This document shows, one piece after another, positions 26,490 to 30,739 of a stretch of 30,739 nucleotides of DNA (the first letter of the stretch is position 1; each line of letters opens with the position of its first letter). The translations under genes and the position numbers were made by a program. Source of the DNA: Candidatus Eiseniibacteriota bacterium (lineage in GTDB: Bacteria; Eisenbacteria; RBG-16-71-46; SZUA-252); NCBI GenBank assembly GCA_031370645.1, contig JANMQV010000191.1:1-30739 (forward strand). Direction: 5' to 3'. Under the pieces are notes generated by a model, which made no database searches, was not told the DNA's origin, and saw only the letters and a program-made list of their open reading frames with translations.

Positions 26490-29435
26490 ATGGAAGCCCC
26501 GCCCGAAGTGCTCGAAACACCCGCCGTCGCGCTCGAACCGGACGACGATCAACGCGCCGCCATCGAGCATGGCGACGGCCCCCTCCTGATCGTCGCGGGA
26601 GCGGGAACGGGGAAGACCACCGTCATCGCGCGGCGGATCGCCCACCTCATCGCGTCGAAGCGGGCGCGCCCGTCCGAAATCCTGGCGCTCGCCTTCAACG
26701 ACAAGGCCGCGGCCGAGATGCAGGAGCGCGTCGATCTCCTCGTGCCGTACGGCTACGCCGACGTCACCATCCAAACCTTTCACGCCTTCGGCGAGAACGT
26801 CCTTGCGGGCTACGGACTCGAGATTGGCATCGCGCCCGGCTTCTCCGTGCTCGACACGACGTCGCAGGCGCTTTTCCTCGCCGAGCGGATCGACGAACTG
26901 GGGCTGAAGCACTACCGGCCGCTCTCGGATCCGACGAAGTTTGTCTCCGACTTGGCCGGTTTCTTCAGTCGCGCCAAGGACGATCCGCAGTGGCCGGAGG
27001 AAATTCGCCGCGCTGCGGCGGATCGCGGCGACCAGGCCGCGGCGGCCCGCGCGGCCGGCGGCGGGGACGACGCGCTGGTCGCCGCGCTCGAGGATCAAGC
27101 GAGCCGCCTGGCGGAACTGGCCGAGGCGTACGAGCGCTACAACGCGCTCCTTTGGAAGGCCGGCTTCCTCGACTTCGGCGACCTGCTCGCCCTCACGCAC
27201 CGTCTTCTCACGGATAGCCCGGCCGCGCTCCGGCGCCTGCAACAGCGATTTCGTTACGTCCTGGTGGACGAATTCCAGGATACGAATCCCGTGCAATTCA
27301 AGATCGTCCGCCTCCTCGTGGAAGCGCACCGGAACCTCGTGGTCGTGGGGGACGACGATCAGAGCATCTACCGCTTCCGCGGCGCTCACCTGAAGAACAT
27401 CCTCGAATTCCGCGAGCACTATCCGGAGACGAAGGAGATCGTGCTTCGCCGGAATTACCGAAGCACGCAACAGATCCTCGCGCGGTCACGCCGCCTCATC
27501 GTGCAGAACCAGGAGCGGCTGGAAGTGCGATACGGCATTTCGAAGGAGCTCCAGACCGAAAAGAACGGCACCGAGCCAGTCTGGAAGGAGTTCGAAGCCG
27601 AGGCGGACGAGGCCGCGTGGGTCGCGGACGAGATCGCCGCGGCGGTGAAGGAAAAGCGCCGGCGCCCACGCGACGTGGCCATTCTGGTCCGGAATAACCG
27701 CCACGCGGAGCCGTTCCTACGCGCGCTCGACGAGCGCGGCGTTCCCTACTATTTTTCGGGGAGCCGCGGGCTCTTCCAGCGTCCCGAGATCAAGGAGCTC
27801 GTGTCGCTGCTTCAGTCGCTCTTCCAAGACTCGCGTCCGGAATTCCTCTACCTCCTCGCGTCGGAGGCCTACGGCGTTCCGGAAGACGACCTCACCAAGT
27901 TGATGCACGCCCTGGCGCGCCAGCCGGCGCCGCTTCGCGCTCTCTTCCGTCGCGCCGTGGCGGGGCGCGACGCGCTCGAACTCTCCGACGAGGGGAGGGA
28001 GCGGCTCGCCCGCCTTCTCGACGACGTGGACGCCCTTCAAGAATTCGCTCGTGGCCGAAAGACCGGAGAGGTGCTCTACCACTACCTCGAGCGGCGCGGC
28101 ATCCTGAAGGACCTCATGGCCGCCCGCACCTTCGAGGATGAAGCGAAGGCGCGAAATATCGTGAAGTTCTTCGCGCTCATCCGCTCCTTCGAGAAGGTGG
28201 CGCTCGCGGATCGCGTCGCGCTCTTCCTTCGCCACTTCGAGGCGGTGCAGGAATTCGGCGAAGATCCCGCGGTGGCCGACCTCGACGAGACCTCCGACGT
28301 CGTTCAAGTCCTCACCATCCATCGCGCCAAGGGGCTCGAATTCCCCGTCGTCTACCTGGTGCAGATGGCGACGCATCGCTTCCCGACCGCCAACCGGGCG
28401 CGGGGGATCGAACTTCCGCGAGAGCGCGACGACGAAGACGCCTCGGCCGCGCACCGCGAGGAGGAGCGCCGGCTCTGCTACGTCGCCTTCACGCGGGCCC
28501 GGGAAGAACTGATCACGACCTACGCCCGCGACTACGGCGGGAAGCAGAAGCGAAAGGCGAGCCTCTTCCTCGCGGAGGCCTTCGACATCGGGAAGACCCC
28601 GCCCGCCCGGGCTCGGCGGCGCGTCATGGACGAAATTGCCGATCAAAAGGCGGCGGAAACGACACCGATCCCCACGACGCGCCCCGTGCCTCGGGAGCCG
28701 CTTCAGCTCTCTTACAAGCGGCTCGAGGACTACGAGACCTGCCCCTACAAGTACCGGCTCCTTCACGCGCTCGCGGTGAACCCGATCCTCACCGCCGACC
28801 ATCGCGTGAATTTCGGAAATGCCGTGCACCAAAGCGTCGCCTTCGCGCATAAGAAACGCCTCGAGGGCCAGGTGATTTCGGAAGACGAGTTGATCGAAGT
28901 CTTCCGCTCGGTCTGGCGGAGCGAGGGATACCGGAACGAAGAGCACGAGCGTCAGCGATTCGCGCAGGGTGTCGAGGCGCTTCGCGAATTCCGCGTCCGC
29001 GAAATCGTGTCGGGACCTGCCGCGAGCGCCGTGGAGCGGCACTTCCGCGTGAAGTTGGAGGACGTGGTCATCACCGGGAGCATGGATCGCGTGGACGAGG
29101 GCGCGGACGGTGTTGCGTTGATCGACTACAAGACTTCGGAAAAGGACGACGAGGAGAAGGCCGACGAGGCATCCCGAAAGAGCCTTCAGCTCTCGGTCTA
29201 CGCGCTCGCCTACCAGGAACTGAGCGGGCGGCTCCCCGAGCGCTTGGAACTCCGCTACGTCCTCACCGGCGTGAACGGCGTCTCCTCCTGTGACGAGGAG
29301 CGCGTGGCGAAGGCGCACGCAAAGATCGAAGAGATCGCTTCCGCCATCCGAGCCGAGAAGTTCGAAGCCCTTCCCGATGCCCGCAAGTGCTCCATCTGCG
29401 CCTGCCGGCCGATCTGCCGGGAGTCCGCGGTCTGA
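26490..29435 (+). CDS. UvrD/PcrA-family SF1A helicase fused to a RecB-like PD-(D/E)XK nuclease with 4-Cys Fe-S staple
   Basis: Helicase motifs AGAGTGKT, VDEFQD, VGDDDQSIYRFRGA, NYRS, TIHRAKGLEF, EERRLCYVAFTRA. Nuclease motifs GSMDRVD..IDYKT..QLSVY. Cysteines in CPYKY and CSICACRPIC. Confidence 0.92.
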   Translation: MEAPPEVLETPAVALEPDDDQRAAIEHGDGPLLIVAGAGTGKTTVIARRIAHLIASKRARPSEILALAFNDKAAAEMQERVDLLVPYGYADVTIQTFHAFGENVLAGYGLEIGIAPGFSVLDTTSQALFLAERIDELGLKHYRPLSDPTKFVSDLAGFFSRAKDDPQWPEEIRRAAADRGDQAAAARAAGGGDDALVAALEDQASRLAELAEAYERYNALLWKAGFLDFGDLLALTHRLLTDSPAALRRLQQRFRYVLVDEFQDTNPVQFKIVRLLVEAHRNLVVVGDDDQSIYRFRGAHLKNILEFREHYPETKEIVLRRNYRSTQQILARSRRLIVQNQERLEVRYGISKELQTEKNGTEPVWKEFEAEADEAAWVADEIAAAVKEKRRRPRDVAILVRNNRHAEPFLRALDERGVPYYFSGSRGLFQRPEIKELVSLLQSLFQDSRPEFLYLLASEAYGVPEDDLTKLMHALARQPAPLRALFRRAVAGRDALELSDEGRERLARLLDDVDALQEFARGRKTGEVLYHYLERRGILKDLMAARTFEDEAKARNIVKFFALIRSFEKVALADRVALFLRHFEAVQEFGEDPAVADLDETSDVVQVLTIHRAKGLEFPVVYLVQMATHRFPTANRARGIELPRERDDEDASAAHREEERRLCYVAFTRAREELITTYARDYGGKQKRKASLFLAEAFDIGKTPPARARRRVMDEIADQKAAETTPIPTTRPVPREPLQLSYKRLEDYETCPYKYRLLHALAVNPILTADHRVNFGNAVHQSVAFAHKKRLEGQVISEDELIEVFRSVWRSEGYRNEEHERQRFAQGVEALREFRVREIVSGPAASAVERHFRVKLEDVVITGSMDRVDEGADGVALIDYKTSEKDDEEKADEASRKSLQLSVYALAYQELSGRLPERLELRYVLTGVNGVSSCDEERVAKAHAKIEEIASAIRAEKFEALPDARKCSICACRPICRESAV

Positions 29436-29505
29436 GGGGAACGCTTCACCCTTCCTGTGCTACTGTCCCGGCGCTCCCCGCGCACACGGCCATCGTGAGA
29501 CTTCC

Positions 29506-30739
29506 ATGCCCCTCGAACCAGGCTCTCGGCTAGGAATCTACGAAATCATCTCTCCCCTCGGCGCCGGGGGAATGGGAGAGGTCTACCGTGCCCGCGATAC
29601 CCGCCTCGGCCGGGACGTGGCGGTCAAAGTGCTGCCGCCAGCGGTCGCGGCGAACTCCGAGCGCCTCGCCCGTTTCGAGCGCGAGGCGAAGACCGTCGCC
29701 TCGCTGAACCACCCCAACATCATCACGCTCCACTCCATCGAAGAGGCCGACGGAGTTCGGTTCCTGACGATGGAGCTCGTCGTGGGACAGAGTCTCGATC
29801 GGATTCTCGTCCCCGAAGGGCTCCCGGTTTCACGCCTCCTCGAACTTGCGATTCCCATCGCCGACGCGCTCGCGGCCGCGCACGAGAAGGGAATCGTCCA
29901 CCGCGACCTGAAACCGGGCAACGTGATGGTGACGCGAGAGGGACGCGTCAAGGTGCTCGATTTCGGTTTGGCCAAGCCGGCACCTCAAGACGAGCCTTCG
30001 AGGCATGACGCCGAAACGGTCACGGAGGAGCCGCCGCTCTCGGTGGAGGGGCAGGTCATGGGGACGGTGCCCTACATGGCGCCGGAGCAACTACGCGGCG
30101 AGCCGGTGGACGGGCGGACCGACCTCTTCTCGCTCGGCGCCATGCTGTATGAACTGACGACCGGAAAGCGTCCCTTCCAGGGGAGGAGCTCCGCCGACCT
30201 CGCTTCCTCGATCCTGCGTGACACCCCCGTGCCGATGACGTCGCTCCGCGGCGATCTCCCCGCCGACTTCGTTCGAATCGTCGAGTGGTGCCTGGAGAAG
30301 AATCCCGACGACCGCGTTCCATCCGCCAAGGAAGTCCGGAACGAGCTCCGACTCGTGGGGAAGGATTCGTCGGTGGAGCGCATCGCCGATCCGTCGTCTC
30401 GCGGAAGCGCCGTCGATGAACCCGCGGTGCAAAGTCGCCGAGGTGGGCGGTGGGTCCTACCGGCCCTCCTCGTGATCGCCGCGGCCGTGGCGATCGGCGG
30501 CTATCGCTTCTGGGAATCACGCCGAGCCGCGACGCACGCCGCGGCTCCCGCGGAATTCGCGTCCATCGCCGTCCTTCCATTCGTCGATTTGAGCCCCCAG
30601 CGCGACCAGGAATACTTCGCCGACGGAATCAGCGAAGAACTCCTGAACGTGCTCGCGAACCTGAAGGACGTCCATGTGGCGGCGAGAACCTCGTCGTTCA
30701 GTTTCAAAGGGAAAGAGGTGCAGGTCCCCGAGGTGGGGC
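29506..30739 (+). CDS. Hanks-type Ser/Thr kinase with TM helix and TolB-N-like domain (partial, runs off the window)
   Basis: Translated by hand because it is absent from the ORF track: LGAGGMGEVY, VAVK, HPNI, HRDLKPGN, DFG, YMAPE, TM segment WVLPALLVIAAAVAIGGY, then SIAVLPFVDLS..QEYFADGISEELLNVL..ARTSSF. Confidence 0.95.
   Translation, partial: MPLEPGSRLGIYEIISPLGAGGMGEVYRARDTRLGRDVAVKVLPPAVAANSERLARFEREAKTVASLNHPNIITLHSIEEADGVRFLTMELVVGQSLDRILVPEGLPVSRLLELAIPIADALAAAHEKGIVHRDLKPGNVMVTREGRVKVLDFGLAKPAPQDEPSRHDAETVTEEPPLSVEGQVMGTVPYMAPEQLRGEPVDGRTDLFSLGAMLYELTTGKRPFQGRSSADLASSILRDTPVPMTSLRGDLPADFVRIVEWCLEKNPDDRVPSAKEVRNELRLVGKDSSVERIADPSSRGSAVDEPAVQSRRGGRWVLPALLVIAAAVAIGGYRFWESRRAATHAAAPAEFASIAVLPFVDLSPQRDQEYFADGISEELLNVLANLKDVHVAARTSSFSFKGKEVQVPEVG

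Noticed and set aside
28700-29435. Fe-S PD-(D/E)XK domain as Cas4 of a CRISPR or defence locus
   Set aside because: It is fused to a UvrD helicase, and there are no cas genes or repeat-spacer arrays in the window.

Overview
This is a high-GC, gene-dense bacterial chromosomal segment with about 25 CDSs. I found no rRNA, tRNA, CRISPR array or mobile element. C-terminal 'PNPF...WDG...GVY' sorting-like domains on two peptidases and a membrane Ser/Thr kinase with a TolB-N-like domain suggest a diderm FCB-related lineage such as Ca. Eisenbacteria or Latescibacterota (inference). The first third holds an acidic orphan ORF, nfo (endonuclease IV), a divergent cluster of NUDIX, Mre11/SbcD-like nuclease and membrane-anchored YhaN/SbcE-like ATPase, a HEAT-repeat/HD-GYP pair sharing an N-terminal domain, and a sigma54 activator with a pseudo-receiver. 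The middle has VOC, GNAT and GT-C/TPR glycosyltransferase genes, groES-groEL with both a CIRCE and a sigma54-type promoter, and a four-gene envelope operon (Ig-stalk monoheme lipoprotein, cytochrome c-beta-barrel fusion, YceI, secreted MBL-fold hydrolase). The last third has a small secreted single-Cys protein followed by two paralogous PA-domain zinc peptidases, an HDAC-family deacetylase, a membrane protein, a UvrD helicase-RecB nuclease fusion with Fe-S cysteines, and a kinase running off the window end that the ORF track missed. The best candidates for under-described systems are the cytochrome-porin operon, the peptidase pair with a possible trans-acting propeptide, and the HEAT/HD-GYP/pseudo-receiver module. 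All calls come from reading motifs by eye; no database searches were run.
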